This document shows, one piece after another, positions 1 through 9,213 of a stretch of 20,000 nt of DNA. Within the stretch, counting starts at the first letter, position 1. Every line of letters begins with the position of its first letter. Source of the stretch: an uncultured Methanosarcinales archaeon (GTDB taxonomy: Archaea > Nanobdellota > Nanobdellia > Woesearchaeales > CAYVYK01); assembly GCA_964455675.1 (NCBI GenBank), contig CAYVYK010000010.1:50523-70522 (forward strand), read 5' to 3'. Both the position numbers and the translations under genes were made by a program. The notes under the pieces are model-generated. The model saw only the letters and a program-made list of their open reading frames with translations. It searched no databases and had not been told where the DNA came from.

Positions 1-140
1 AAAAGCCAGTAGAGAAGCGCGAGGATGATCGCCGCACTGATTCCATAAAAGAGGAGATCGTAGAGAGTGATGAGCAGCAATCGGTAGTCAGTGTTCTTCC
101 ATGCTGATCTGATGATTGTGTGTTGTTCTTTCCAGTACAT
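1..140 (-). CDS. 5' part of a hypothetical membrane protein (runs off the left edge)
   Basis: Not in the ORF track. ATG at 140, preceded by AGGGTG and 8 bp after the upstream stop. Translates MYWKEQHTIIRSAWKNTDYRLLLITLYDLLFYGISAAIILALLYWL..., open to base 1, with a hydrophobic helix. Confidence 0.8.
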   Translation of the reverse strand, partial: MYWKEQHTIIRSAWKNTDYRLLLITLYDLLFYGISAAIILALLYWL

Positions 141-148
141 GATGCACC

Positions 149-2953
149 CTAGATTTGGTTTTCAACGATTGATCCTGATGCCGTGCTTGATGCTCCAGTT
201 GAGGTCGTTGTTCCTTCGTATGTGCTCGCTGGAGTGTTGCTCGCGACGATGTCATTGCATACTTGATCGATGTAGCTGCCGCCGATGCTCCGCACGCTGT
301 TTTCAAATTCAATGCATGCTTCCTCGTACAGGTATGGGCTGTACTGCACGACTGCCGATGTTCCTGATCGGTAAAACTTCTTTCCTTCCTTGACTTTCAC
401 ATCCTCTGGATATAATAATATCTCCCTTTGACCCGTAAGGCGCACGTTGAAGATGAGGTCGGTTTCCTTTGGCCGTTCGGACTTGTACTTGTTCGGATTA
501 TCGACGGCGAACGTGATCTTGTAGAAGTATTCTACGGTCGTCCGGTTTGTTGCAGGGTCAAATCCGTAAATGGGGTCGCTGCGCTCAGCTTCGATATGCG
601 CTCCAACGGTGATGACTCCGCGTGGCGTCTCAAAGTATGCTACGTTGTCTCCCGCAGAGTCACCCCAGCTGCTGCAGAGCTTGCTCGCCCAGTATTGGCT
701 GCCAAGGTATGTTTGCGCGAAGAATTTGTCCACGCTCTCGCGCCATGGCGCGAGTTGTTTTCTGAAGAAGAGCTGTGAGTACCCGCTAAATCCTTGGAAT
801 TCTGTGAGAACGAAGTTTGCCCCGCCGAATATTTTCCTGCTCGTATCATACGTTTGCTCGGTCTTGAGCCTTGAGGTGTCCGCACCGCCCTTCTCATATG
901 TCCATCCTTTCTCGGTATCGCTTTGGAATTTTGCGTCGTACACCCCGATAGCATTGCCATCCTCATCTCGCACGATGACTTTCCCTTCAAGAGGATTACC
1001 GTTCTGGTCTTGCTTGCTGACTTCAACGGCCTCATACTCATAAACGGCTACGGTGTTTCCATCAACAGTCTTTGTTCCAACCTGTGTTTGCGTAAGCATC
1101 TCGGAAACTTGCGTGACGGTTTTCTTTTCTTTTCCGACCTTGATCTCTTTCTGCTCATATGTGGTGGTCGTCACGGTCTTTCCATCCGCGGAGTATCGGT
1201 CATAGAGCCGTGGTCTTCCTTGGTCGTCATACTCGATGATTTCCTGCACTCCTCCTTCGTAGAATGACATGGCGTCCGGGGTGCTGTCCTGTTCGGAGCT
1301 GAATATCTCGATGCGGCCCCCATCCACATGCAGTTGCTTTCCTTGCGATAGTTCGTAGATGCGCTGGAGTTTATCTTTTCGGACAAGTACCGAGCTCTGC
1401 TCGTATGGCTTTGTTGTATCGAAGATTCGCGCTTCCGTCTGGTCCGATTGCGCTCCTTGTGCGTTCAGCTTCACGTGCTCTCCTACCCAAATTGATGACG
1501 TCTTGCCTCCAAGCTGTTTCATGCGCCAGACGTATCCGCCATCTTTTTGCAGTTGCGAAAGCTGCGCGCTGTCCGTGATAGGCGCAAGTTGTCCTGTTTC
1601 TTTGTTGTACTTGAGTTCGTTTGGATTCGCTGTGCCTTCATAGTACTTGTATCCTTCGCTATCTGTGAGTGTTTCTCCTGTTCGCGTGGTGAGCCTAAGG
1701 TCCCGTCCGTCGACGGTGAGTCGTGCAGGTTTTGATGCTGGCGCGTTGAGGTCCGCGATCGCCCATTGCGGCCCATTGTATCGTGCCGCGGTTCCACCGC
1801 CTGCAGTATGTGTTGCTGAGGAGTAGTCCGCAACGCTGATGCCGTGGTCTTTTTGGAATTGGTCGCTTCGAGTTTTTTTCTCTGTTTCAAGTCGCGTAAT
1901 CTCTGCTCGTTTTTCATCTGCTTGCTTTTGGTATCGCGCGGCCGTGTCTTTTTGGCCATTCGCCGCGGCCTCTGCCGCTTTTTTTGAGAGTTCGAGTCGA
2001 TCAGCATCGAGCCTGGTGATCGTGGTTTGTATCGTTTCGATGGTTGTTCTGTCCGCGTCCGCGCGCTGCGCGTTGATCGTTGCAGGCATGACGATTGGCT
2101 TTCCGGGCACCATTCCTCCTGGAGGAGTTGCCGGCGTTCCGGTCGCGCCAAGCGCTGCTCCTGCTGGCTGGGTGGTTTCAGGTTGTGTCGTCGCTGGTTG
2201 CGTTGCAGCCGATGCTCCAAACACGGTTTCTGTGTTCACTTCATCTCCACCACTGACCGGTTTCCAGTTGCCGTTATCTTGGAGGATGTAGTCCTTGCCG
2301 TCTTGTCCGTTGAACCTGCTTCCTGGTTTCTGGAGGCCATTACCAGGAACGTTATAAAGTGGAGTGACAAAGTAATCATACTCATTGATGGTTCCCTCGC
2401 CCAAACCGGTAGTCGTCACTTCAAAATCAACTATCAGGGTTTCCTCGGCTTGTCCGTTTGTGTACGCTCCAGTTTTTGACCTTCCTGTCTGTGAATAGAC
2501 AAAACGCTCGTAGTCGGCTCGTGGTAGCTCGCTCGTGAATGATTGTGAAGTTCCGGATGGCGTGAGCACCCTCATCTCGTCCCCCCCGCTTTCTCGATAC
2601 ACATAATTCACGAATTCTGCGTTCGTGCCCGTGCCAACAGTGTTGTATGGTGTTGTTCCGTCACTGTTGCTGCCGTAATTTGCGGAGTTGTACTTGCGCC
2701 ACTCTCCGGTATTTGGATCCGTAGTTGATGGTACATAGACGTAGTAAGTGTCCCTGCCCCAGTCATCTACTTGGACTGCGTAGGACCCCGCGTTTGATAT
2801 TTTTCCTTTCGTGATGTCGCCGTAAGTGTATTCTGTCCCGCTCCATGTCCTGAGAGTATTGAGATCGACGCTGCTTGGTGCAGTTACCACAGATGATAGG
2901 TAGAGGAGGATGGTGATTGCCGCAAGTATCCTGAGGAGTGGTGTTCTTTTCAC
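149..2953 (-). CDS. Large secreted hypothetical protein (934 aa): signal peptide, QPATT linker, coiled coil, YD-like beta segment, Cys-containing C-terminal beta domain
   Basis: Long ORF. Its GTG start overlaps the upstream TGA (GTGA). Signal peptide MKRTPLLRILAAITILLYLSSVVTA. Heptad region at about aa 295-365. Confidence 0.88.
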   Translation of the reverse strand: MKRTPLLRILAAITILLYLSSVVTAPSSVDLNTLRTWSGTEYTYGDITKGKISNAGSYAVQVDDWGRDTYYVYVPSTTDPNTGEWRKYNSANYGSNSDGTTPYNTVGTGTNAEFVNYVYRESGGDEMRVLTPSGTSQSFTSELPRADYERFVYSQTGRSKTGAYTNGQAEETLIVDFEVTTTGLGEGTINEYDYFVTPLYNVPGNGLQKPGSRFNGQDGKDYILQDNGNWKPVSGGDEVNTETVFGASAATQPATTQPETTQPAGAALGATGTPATPPGGMVPGKPIVMPATINAQRADADRTTIETIQTTITRLDADRLELSKKAAEAAANGQKDTAARYQKQADEKRAEITRLETEKKTRSDQFQKDHGISVADYSSATHTAGGGTAARYNGPQWAIADLNAPASKPARLTVDGRDLRLTTRTGETLTDSEGYKYYEGTANPNELKYNKETGQLAPITDSAQLSQLQKDGGYVWRMKQLGGKTSSIWVGEHVKLNAQGAQSDQTEARIFDTTKPYEQSSVLVRKDKLQRIYELSQGKQLHVDGGRIEIFSSEQDSTPDAMSFYEGGVQEIIEYDDQGRPRLYDRYSADGKTVTTTTYEQKEIKVGKEKKTVTQVSEMLTQTQVGTKTVDGNTVAVYEYEAVEVSKQDQNGNPLEGKVIVRDEDGNAIGVYDAKFQSDTEKGWTYEKGGADTSRLKTEQTYDTSRKIFGGANFVLTEFQGFSGYSQLFFRKQLAPWRESVDKFFAQTYLGSQYWASKLCSSWGDSAGDNVAYFETPRGVITVGAHIEAERSDPIYGFDPATNRTTVEYFYKITFAVDNPNKYKSERPKETDLIFNVRLTGQREILLYPEDVKVKEGKKFYRSGTSAVVQYSPYLYEEACIEFENSVRSIGGSYIDQVCNDIVASNTPASTYEGTTTSTGASSTASGSIVENQI

Positions 2954-5900
2954 ACAACCACCCGGTCAGTGTCTGTCTTTGCGGAATTGTCTGTTTTGCT
3001 CTTCGTGTCTTTGAGGTATCTGCAGTAGTCTCCTTTCGCTTTCCACGTGTTTTCGTCCATGAGGAACATCACGTCGCCCACGACTTCGCCGATCATGGAT
3101 ACGACTTTGAACCACACGCACGCGCTATGGGGTCCTTCGCTGATCGGGTTTGCGCAGTGCGGCAGGCATGTGAGCGCGAGGATCGCTCCGACGATCGCGA
3201 ACGGGTCTGAGAGCATTGCTTTGATCATGTTCATGTAGTAGTCAAAGAGAGCGACAAATGGTATGAGTTGGAATATTTCTCCAAATACGTACTTGCACAT
3301 GAGTGTTTCCTCAAGTTCCTCACACGCGCTCGCGGGAATTCCGGTTGTGATCGCGTCCTTCAGGCAGACTGCCTTTGCGCACTTGATCTGTCTGATCTTG
3401 TCGAGATTGTAGAGGATTCCTGGCAGACAGAGTGTAAGGACGCTCATCGCAAGGCTTTCCTTGCCGTTCATGTAGGTCTTATAGTTCATGCCGGTGACCT
3501 TGTCGAGGAATCCGACGCCAGGGTAGTATTGCGGTATCCATTTATCGCCTAGGCCCCCTCCAAGCCAGCTTGACCATTTCTCGAATGTTCCGGCTCCTGC
3601 TCCTGGGAGTGACATTTTGCAGTTCACGAAGTTGCAGAACTGGTTGAAGATGTTGAACCACTTGTTTCCTTCGTCTCGCGCTCCTTCTGTTGCAAGGCAC
3701 ATCTTGACGCGCGCGGCATGTGTTGGCGGTCCTGATACGGGATTGAGCTTGTTTGCCGCTTCAACATGCCCTAGCTGCTGTGTCACCGTCTGGTATATTC
3801 CGATGAGATTTTGCAGGATGTTGTTAAGGACGCAGATGATGCGCGCGTACCGTACAATCATCGAGAGTATTTCGATGACTTTCCATAGGCCGCTCGTTGC
3901 GTCTTCTTTTGCATCTTTGTATTTTTGGTTGAGTTCTTTGCGCAAGTCTCCAAGTGGGAGGTTATAGAAGAGGACAGTAAAGCGTACGTCTTCCTGCTCG
4001 GGTATCGCAGTGATGCTGTTCCCGACGCTTGAGAAGATAGAAAGTGGACAGGTTATGTCAAGGCTGTCAACCTTCATGTCCATTGTAGCAAGCTGGATGG
4101 CAAGGTATGGGTCCCTGCTTTCTCTTTGGTTGTTGAGAAGCTGGATGGATGTGATGTAGTTGAGCGGGCTCGTGGCGTTCGTGTCGTTCGTGCTTGGCCT
4201 GCACGCGCCATCTTCAAGGCCAATGGAGAGCGTCTCTGCACCCGTTGATATGGGGGATAGTCCCACGTGGCAGTACATTTTTTGTCCGTTGCCTAGCGAT
4301 GTCACTTGCCGGTCGATCTTGCTTGGCGAGCAAATGACGGTGTTCGTCCAGTGGTTCTGTACGGCATCTTCAAGGAGACCTGAAAGGAATACGGGCATGT
4401 GGTATCGTACTTCATTTCCCACATCGTCCTTGAGGATAAAGTAGATCGTTGCCTCCTTTGGTCCTGAGATGTCAATGATTGGTGTGAGGAACACGCATGA
4501 ATGCGTGCTGTTTCCAAGGGTAACGCACGCAACGTCCATGATCGGGCTGACGTCCATGAGTTGTGATGCGTTCATCGTGCCGATGACATACTCTCCGCTA
4601 TCTCGCATCGTGATGTTGATCTCAAGGCGGTCTCCCCGCACGAGGTATTGTTCAAAGGTGTTTTCTCCTTTCACGATGCGCATGTTTGCACTAACCGCGA
4701 TCGGGCTGTCCACGTCAACGGTGATATTTATTGGCGCAAGTTCCGTGGACGGATTCCCAAGGTTATCGACGGAGAATGGGCTTCCTCGCACGATGGCATT
4801 CGTTCCCGTCGGCATCGAGATGAGGATATCATTCCACACGCATTCGTATGTTTCTCCTCCCTTGGACGTGCAGCCATCCGCAACTTGTGTGCTGCTTCGT
4901 CCTATTCCTGATAGGTCAAGGAAGATGCTGTCGTTTGAGATTCCGTTTGGCTCCCTGATATCTGCGGTAAATGTTGTGGTTGATCCCGCATAGTATCCGC
5001 TTCCCCCTGATACGGGATGCTTGTCTGTGGTAATCTGAGCAAATCGCGGTCCCGTGCTATCGACTTCTATGGTGTTGAGGGCAAGGGATGTCTCCATCCG
5101 GTTTCCCGTGCTATCGACGGTCACGACCGCAATGCTTGGTGTTGACGTGCTGTTGAGGAGCACGGTAACGTCCCAGATGCATTCCACGTGGTCAGTGTAT
5201 GCTGTGCATATTCGCGGGATTCTGTTCGTGTACGTTTCGCGAGTGTTGATGTTTGTTATCGTTCCTGCGATGCCGCCGATGCCATCATCCGTGGAGATGT
5301 TGACCATGATGGATGCTGGTACTTCCCGGTTCGTGACGAGCCTTATCTCGTTGCCGTTTCCATCGTTGAGGACTGCCCGCTGTGGCTGTGGTGCTGTGCG
5401 GTCAATTGTGAAGCTGCTACATGCATCGCCGCTTGTCTGGTTGAATCGGTCGTATGCCCGAGCGCAAATCCTTGTTGTGCCTTCCTGTGCCTGGGTGTAC
5501 TCTTCAGTTCCTCTTGCGGTGCAGGAAGCGGAGTTGGGCGTTAGGGTTTTGAAGGGAGACGATGTAAGATCTGTCTCGAAAAGTTCAATGCGCCCAACTC
5601 CGACGCATCCTGTGCCTCCTGCATGGCTAGTGTCGGATGCTTCATAGATGATCGTGACGGTTCCGTTTGTTGATCGTTCTGGGGAGATGGAGAGGGTGAT
5701 TCCAGCTCCTGCTCCATCAACCGTGATGGTTTGCGTATCTGTCGCAAGGACTCGTAATCCCTCAACAAGCTGGAGGACGAATCGGAATGGTCCTGGATTC
5801 ATCCTTCCAGAATACTCTTTGCTGCATTGGTATGCCCGTGCGCCGGTATTCGAGCAGCTGTCAAATGGCGCGTTGTTCAGCCGTACGTGGCTCGGATTGA

Positions 5901-6132
5901 GTTCCGTATCGCTGTCTGTGTACACTGCCGCGGTAAACGTCGTGTTGTCCTGCATCTTGCGATATCCGGAAATTGCGGACGCGCTCTGGATCGATGTGAG
6001 TTCAACGTTTGCTGCAAGTGCCGCGCTCACGTGGAATGGTATTGTGAGGACGAGCGTAATCATCATGAGCGCTGCAAGTTCAAGTGTTGTGAGCCAGATT
6101 TTTCTCTGTTCCGGTGCTGGTTTATCGTTCAT
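2950..6132 (-). CDS. Large exported protein (1060 aa): tandem Ig-like beta domains plus a Cys-rich hydrophobic helical C-terminus
   Basis: Start reassigned to ATG 6132 (MNDKPAPEQRKIWLTTLELAALMMITLVLTIPFHVSA, signal peptide), which overlaps the upstream gene by 11 bp. Ig-type boundaries DRTAP/DSTGP/DVDSP and recurring C-x7-9-C pairs. Confidence 0.87.
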   Translation of the reverse strand: MNDKPAPEQRKIWLTTLELAALMMITLVLTIPFHVSAALAANVELTSIQSASAISGYRKMQDNTTFTAAVYTDSDTELNPSHVRLNNAPFDSCSNTGARAYQCSKEYSGRMNPGPFRFVLQLVEGLRVLATDTQTITVDGAGAGITLSISPERSTNGTVTIIYEASDTSHAGGTGCVGVGRIELFETDLTSSPFKTLTPNSASCTARGTEEYTQAQEGTTRICARAYDRFNQTSGDACSSFTIDRTAPQPQRAVLNDGNGNEIRLVTNREVPASIMVNISTDDGIGGIAGTITNINTRETYTNRIPRICTAYTDHVECIWDVTVLLNSTSTPSIAVVTVDSTGNRMETSLALNTIEVDSTGPRFAQITTDKHPVSGGSGYYAGSTTTFTADIREPNGISNDSIFLDLSGIGRSSTQVADGCTSKGGETYECVWNDILISMPTGTNAIVRGSPFSVDNLGNPSTELAPINITVDVDSPIAVSANMRIVKGENTFEQYLVRGDRLEINITMRDSGEYVIGTMNASQLMDVSPIMDVACVTLGNSTHSCVFLTPIIDISGPKEATIYFILKDDVGNEVRYHMPVFLSGLLEDAVQNHWTNTVICSPSKIDRQVTSLGNGQKMYCHVGLSPISTGAETLSIGLEDGACRPSTNDTNATSPLNYITSIQLLNNQRESRDPYLAIQLATMDMKVDSLDITCPLSIFSSVGNSITAIPEQEDVRFTVLFYNLPLGDLRKELNQKYKDAKEDATSGLWKVIEILSMIVRYARIICVLNNILQNLIGIYQTVTQQLGHVEAANKLNPVSGPPTHAARVKMCLATEGARDEGNKWFNIFNQFCNFVNCKMSLPGAGAGTFEKWSSWLGGGLGDKWIPQYYPGVGFLDKVTGMNYKTYMNGKESLAMSVLTLCLPGILYNLDKIRQIKCAKAVCLKDAITTGIPASACEELEETLMCKYVFGEIFQLIPFVALFDYYMNMIKAMLSDPFAIVGAILALTCLPHCANPISEGPHSACVWFKVVSMIGEVVGDVMFLMDENTWKAKGDYCRYLKDTKSKTDNSAKTDTDRVVV

Positions 6133-8320
6133 AGGTGGGCACAAGGAGTGCTTCTGTTCCAATTGGTGCTGTTTCAACATAGTCGAGGGCCTGGAGGTCC
6201 TCAACGGTTGTGACGTCCACGAGTGCTGGTGCGAATGCGTAGAATACGATTCGTCCGCTGTGGAGGTCCGCGTCTGTGAATGTGTATGTTGTCTTTGATC
6301 CTCCTGAGATGAATTTTTTCTTTCCTCCGCCAAGTTCAATGCGTGGTATTGTGTAACATTCTTCTTTGATGAACGCATCAACGCATCGCTCTTCTTCCTC
6401 GATCGCGAATGGTTCTTCGCTCATGATCCGGACTTCGATGTTGTAGCGTCCTGGCGCAATCCTGATGGGGTTCATTTCGTCCTTGTCGACGCTTCCTAGT
6501 GCGTGCAGCTGCTGGTCGAATTCCGAGTCATTCCTTTCAAGGATCACGATCGCTTGCTCAAAAGGATTGATGGGCTGTTCTGTTGGCTGCACGATCCATT
6601 CGTCGTTGTGTTTGACCATGAGCCGTTTTTTGACGGTGAAATTGTAGAATTCCAGGTGTGAGAGTTCGATGCTGACGTTTGATGCTTTTCCCTTGAAGGC
6701 GTCAAGCGGGACTGTCTTTCCAAGGTATTCGGGATGATTCACGCCAAGGAGTCCTCCAAGGCACACGGGTAGTCTTGTGACGAGCATTCCTTCTTCGTCC
6801 GTTGCTCCGATGGCGCACGTTTGGCTGGCGCAGCTGTACGTTATTGCTGCGTCACTGACTGGCTTTTGAATGGCAATGGTTGCGACTCTCACGGTTCCTG
6901 ACGTGCGCTTATCCATGTCGCAGAGCATTGTCTTTGTGGCGAGCTGTTGCTCAGTGCATTCTCGTTGTTGTTCAACTTTCTGGGTTTGCTCTCCACTGAT
7001 CGGGTCGGTGACATTGACGATTCGTTCGTCCATGACGGTGCACACGAGTTCCACGTCGCGCGTGGGGGCTGTTGGGAGGAAGAAGAAGTCTTTCGTGAAT
7101 GGTTTGTTGTTGCGCACGTTTGCTTCGAGATAGTACCTGAATGTGTATCCTTTTCCGTTGAATGCGTCTTCGTCGTATATTTCCACTTGTACGGGGAAGG
7201 ATACATCATATGCGAAGTGGTAGCGCTGCACACCGATGGGGAAGATGATATTTGACATCACGCTTTGGGGCACGCAGAGTTCTCCTTTGCAGTTGAGGTC
7301 AAAATAGATCGGCCACCAGTCAAGGTATGCGAATGTGACGGCGAGGTCTTCAAATCCTTTTTTCATCGGGACGCGCATGCCTTCGTTAAAGACTGACTCG
7401 CGCAACGGATCATTCGGGAACTGGTGTTCGTGGTAGGTTTTTGTCTGGTACACTTGGAGGAGCGGGATGTATCCCATGAGCATGTCTTCAACATGTTGTG
7501 CAACCTCGCTCTTGATCCAGAATGTGCTTGGCGCGTAGTCAAGCGAGCTGTCGGTCATGGGCGGGATATTTTTCTTTCGCCCGGAAAATCCGACGAGGAG
7601 GTTGAGCGTGTCTTCCTCGATGAACTGGTAGCTTTTTTCTAGGTCCGCGATGGATCCTGCAAGGTCGTAGATGTGCTTGAGCCGCACCGGGAGCCTGACG
7701 CCAAATTCGCTCACACTCTGTTCTGAGTCTCCATGCCTTGCCTGCACGGGGAGTTGCACAACGACCGCGACATCTTCCTCGGTGATTGTCACATCGGTTG
7801 AGAGCGGGCCTGTCTGCTCGACGGCAAGGCCCGCTTCTGCAAGGCCCGTAAAGTCTTCAAGGCATGCGGGCAATTCTTGTGTGATGTAGGTTTCAAGCTG
7901 TTCCTCGATACTCATGCCGGTTCCCCGCAGACCTGGCCGTTTGCTGCTGAACACGCACTGTTCCCTGCATTCATTTGGCGTCTGCATGTAAAACCAGTAC
8001 GGGGCTAAAAGTCCTCCTGGACTGGCAACGACGTCGGATTCTGTTGGAACGAGTTCATTGATCGAGAAGAGTTGGGGATCAAGTGTGGTATAGCCTCCTT
8101 GCATTCCGACTTTTCGTACTCCTTCCTCACCGATCTGTCGAAGGCATACTTCAACAAATGTCTGGAGCGGCTGGTATGGAGCGGGCAGCTTGATTGCTGG
8201 TATGTTCACGGCAGCTTTTTCCTGACGGTCAAGGTATATGGAGATTCCGACACCTACGATAACCAGGAGAAGTATTCCTACGAATATGAAAATGGTGATT
8301 TGTCCTCGTTTAAAGTACAT
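6122..8320 (-). CDS. Large class III signal peptide (type IV pilin-like N-terminus) membrane-anchored protein, 732 aa
   Basis: N-terminus MYFKRG|QITIFIFVGILLLVIVGVGISIY fits the archaeal prepilin peptidase motif (K/R-G|Q plus hydrophobic helix). Confidence 0.85.
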   Translation of the reverse strand: MYFKRGQITIFIFVGILLLVIVGVGISIYLDRQEKAAVNIPAIKLPAPYQPLQTFVEVCLRQIGEEGVRKVGMQGGYTTLDPQLFSINELVPTESDVVASPGGLLAPYWFYMQTPNECREQCVFSSKRPGLRGTGMSIEEQLETYITQELPACLEDFTGLAEAGLAVEQTGPLSTDVTITEEDVAVVVQLPVQARHGDSEQSVSEFGVRLPVRLKHIYDLAGSIADLEKSYQFIEEDTLNLLVGFSGRKKNIPPMTDSSLDYAPSTFWIKSEVAQHVEDMLMGYIPLLQVYQTKTYHEHQFPNDPLRESVFNEGMRVPMKKGFEDLAVTFAYLDWWPIYFDLNCKGELCVPQSVMSNIIFPIGVQRYHFAYDVSFPVQVEIYDEDAFNGKGYTFRYYLEANVRNNKPFTKDFFFLPTAPTRDVELVCTVMDERIVNVTDPISGEQTQKVEQQRECTEQQLATKTMLCDMDKRTSGTVRVATIAIQKPVSDAAITYSCASQTCAIGATDEEGMLVTRLPVCLGGLLGVNHPEYLGKTVPLDAFKGKASNVSIELSHLEFYNFTVKKRLMVKHNDEWIVQPTEQPINPFEQAIVILERNDSEFDQQLHALGSVDKDEMNPIRIAPGRYNIEVRIMSEEPFAIEEEERCVDAFIKEECYTIPRIELGGGKKKFISGGSKTTYTFTDADLHSGRIVFYAFAPALVDVTTVEDLQALDYVETAPIGTEALLVPTYER

Positions 8321-8361
8321 CGTTCTCCCTAAAACCCTAGCCTGAACCCTAAGAAATCGAC

Positions 8362-8378
8362 TATTTAAAGCTTTTTAT
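8362..8378 (-). promoter_or_regulatory. BRE/TATA promoter for the 8320-1 operon
   Basis: Minus strand reads ATAAAAAGC-TTTAAATA about 42 bp upstream of ATG 8320. Confidence 0.6.
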
Positions 8379-8400
8379 GGTACAGCGAGTGAATACGAGT

Positions 8401-8408
8401 AAAAAAAA
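8401..8408 (-). terminator. Oligo-T terminator of rps6e
   Basis: T8 on the minus strand 20 nt after the stop codon. Confidence 0.55.
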
Positions 8409-8428
8409 GGATAAAGAGTGTTCAGAAT

Positions 8429-8818
8429 TTACTTCGCAGGTGTCTCTTCGGCAGCTTTCGGGATGAGCGGTTCCTTACCTTCCTTCGTGACCTGCATGTT
8501 GACCTGCGCGGTATGGTCGCCAATCGTGTTTCCCGCAACCGACTTGCGCTGGCGCATGCCCTTATCCATCTTGTGGACTCCAATCCCTGAGACGGTGAAG
8601 ACCTTGCGGCGTGCAACGCCCTCGATGTCCCACCGCATGGGAGTTCCTGAGCGGTCGCTCCCTCCTGTGATCTTGAATGTGTATCCAGGAAATCCTATGT
8701 CATCTCCTTTGATCTCAGCGCCAATGCGCTTGCCAAGGAGTGCTTGGCTTTCTGGGTCTTTGACTTCCTTTTGTACAGAGCGGCCGTCCTTGAGGCCGAA
8801 TACGATTTTAAAATCCAT
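8429..8818 (-). CDS. rps6e: 30S ribosomal protein S6e (eS6), 129 aa
   Basis: MDFKIVFG...LLGKRIG...GYTFKITGGSDRSGTPMR...RQRKSVAGNTI...QVNM are eS6 signatures. SD GGAGGT precedes ATG 8818. Confidence 0.97.
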   Translation of the reverse strand: MDFKIVFGLKDGRSVQKEVKDPESQALLGKRIGAEIKGDDIGFPGYTFKITGGSDRSGTPMRWDIEGVARRKVFTVSGIGVHKMDKGMRQRKSVAGNTIGDHTAQVNMQVTKEGKEPLIPKAAEETPAK

Positions 8819-8880
8819 GGTGTACCTCCAAGCCACTTCGGAGAGTGACTCAGCAGAATGCATGGAAGGAGCTTCAGTCC

Positions 8881-8910
8881 CTTTATAAAGCTATCTGCAG
8901 GTTTAATAAA
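8881..8910. promoter_or_regulatory. Divergent promoter region rps6e / parvulin
   Basis: Palindromic CTTTATAAAG (8881-8890) and TTTAATAAA (8902-8910) about 22-30 bp before ATG 8932. Confidence 0.6.
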
Positions 8911-8931
8911 TGGATTCGTGAATAGAAGAGT

Positions 8932-9213
8932 ATGGCATCAAAACTGAATGCATCCCATATCCTGGTGAAGTCTGAGTCAGAAGCAAATGCTCTTCTTTTT
9001 GACTTGCGAAGGGGCAAGAGTTTTGAGGACGCTGCAAAGGAGCACTCTCTCTGCCCAAGCAAGAAGCGTGGCGGCGACCTTGGCTGGTTTGGCAAGGGTC
9101 AGATGGTAAAGGAGTTTGAGGATGCCGCGTTTGCGCTAAAGAAGGGCGAACTCTCAAAAGCGGTTAAGACGCAGTTTGGCTGGCACATCATCAAGGTTAA
9201 TGACATGAAGTAG
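8932..9213 (+). CDS. ppiC: Single-domain parvulin (PpiC-type) peptidyl-prolyl cis-trans isomerase
   Basis: [46 protein letters not shown] are canonical rotamase motifs. Confidence 0.95.
   Translation: MASKLNASHILVKSESEANALLFDLRRGKSFEDAAKEHSLCPSKKRGGDLGWFGKGQMVKEFEDAAFALKKGELSKAVKTQFGWHIIKVNDMK

Noticed and set aside
5050..5118. 15-bp direct repeat TCCCGTGCTATCGAC 54 bp apart
   Set aside because: Both copies encode VDSTG in frame within an Ig-like domain, so protein sequence explains it.
6133..6381. 83-aa N-terminal extension of the 1143-aa ORF; similarly the extensions of rps6e (to 8863) and udg (to 11331)
   Set aside because: They overlap upstream genes or promoters. Downstream ATGs give a proper signal peptide, SD or TATA spacing.
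91..8332. Many + strand ORFs (60-216 aa) opposite the large genes, and similar shadows elsewhere
   Set aside because: Antisense or alternate-frame shadows of long coding genes with no recognisable motifs.
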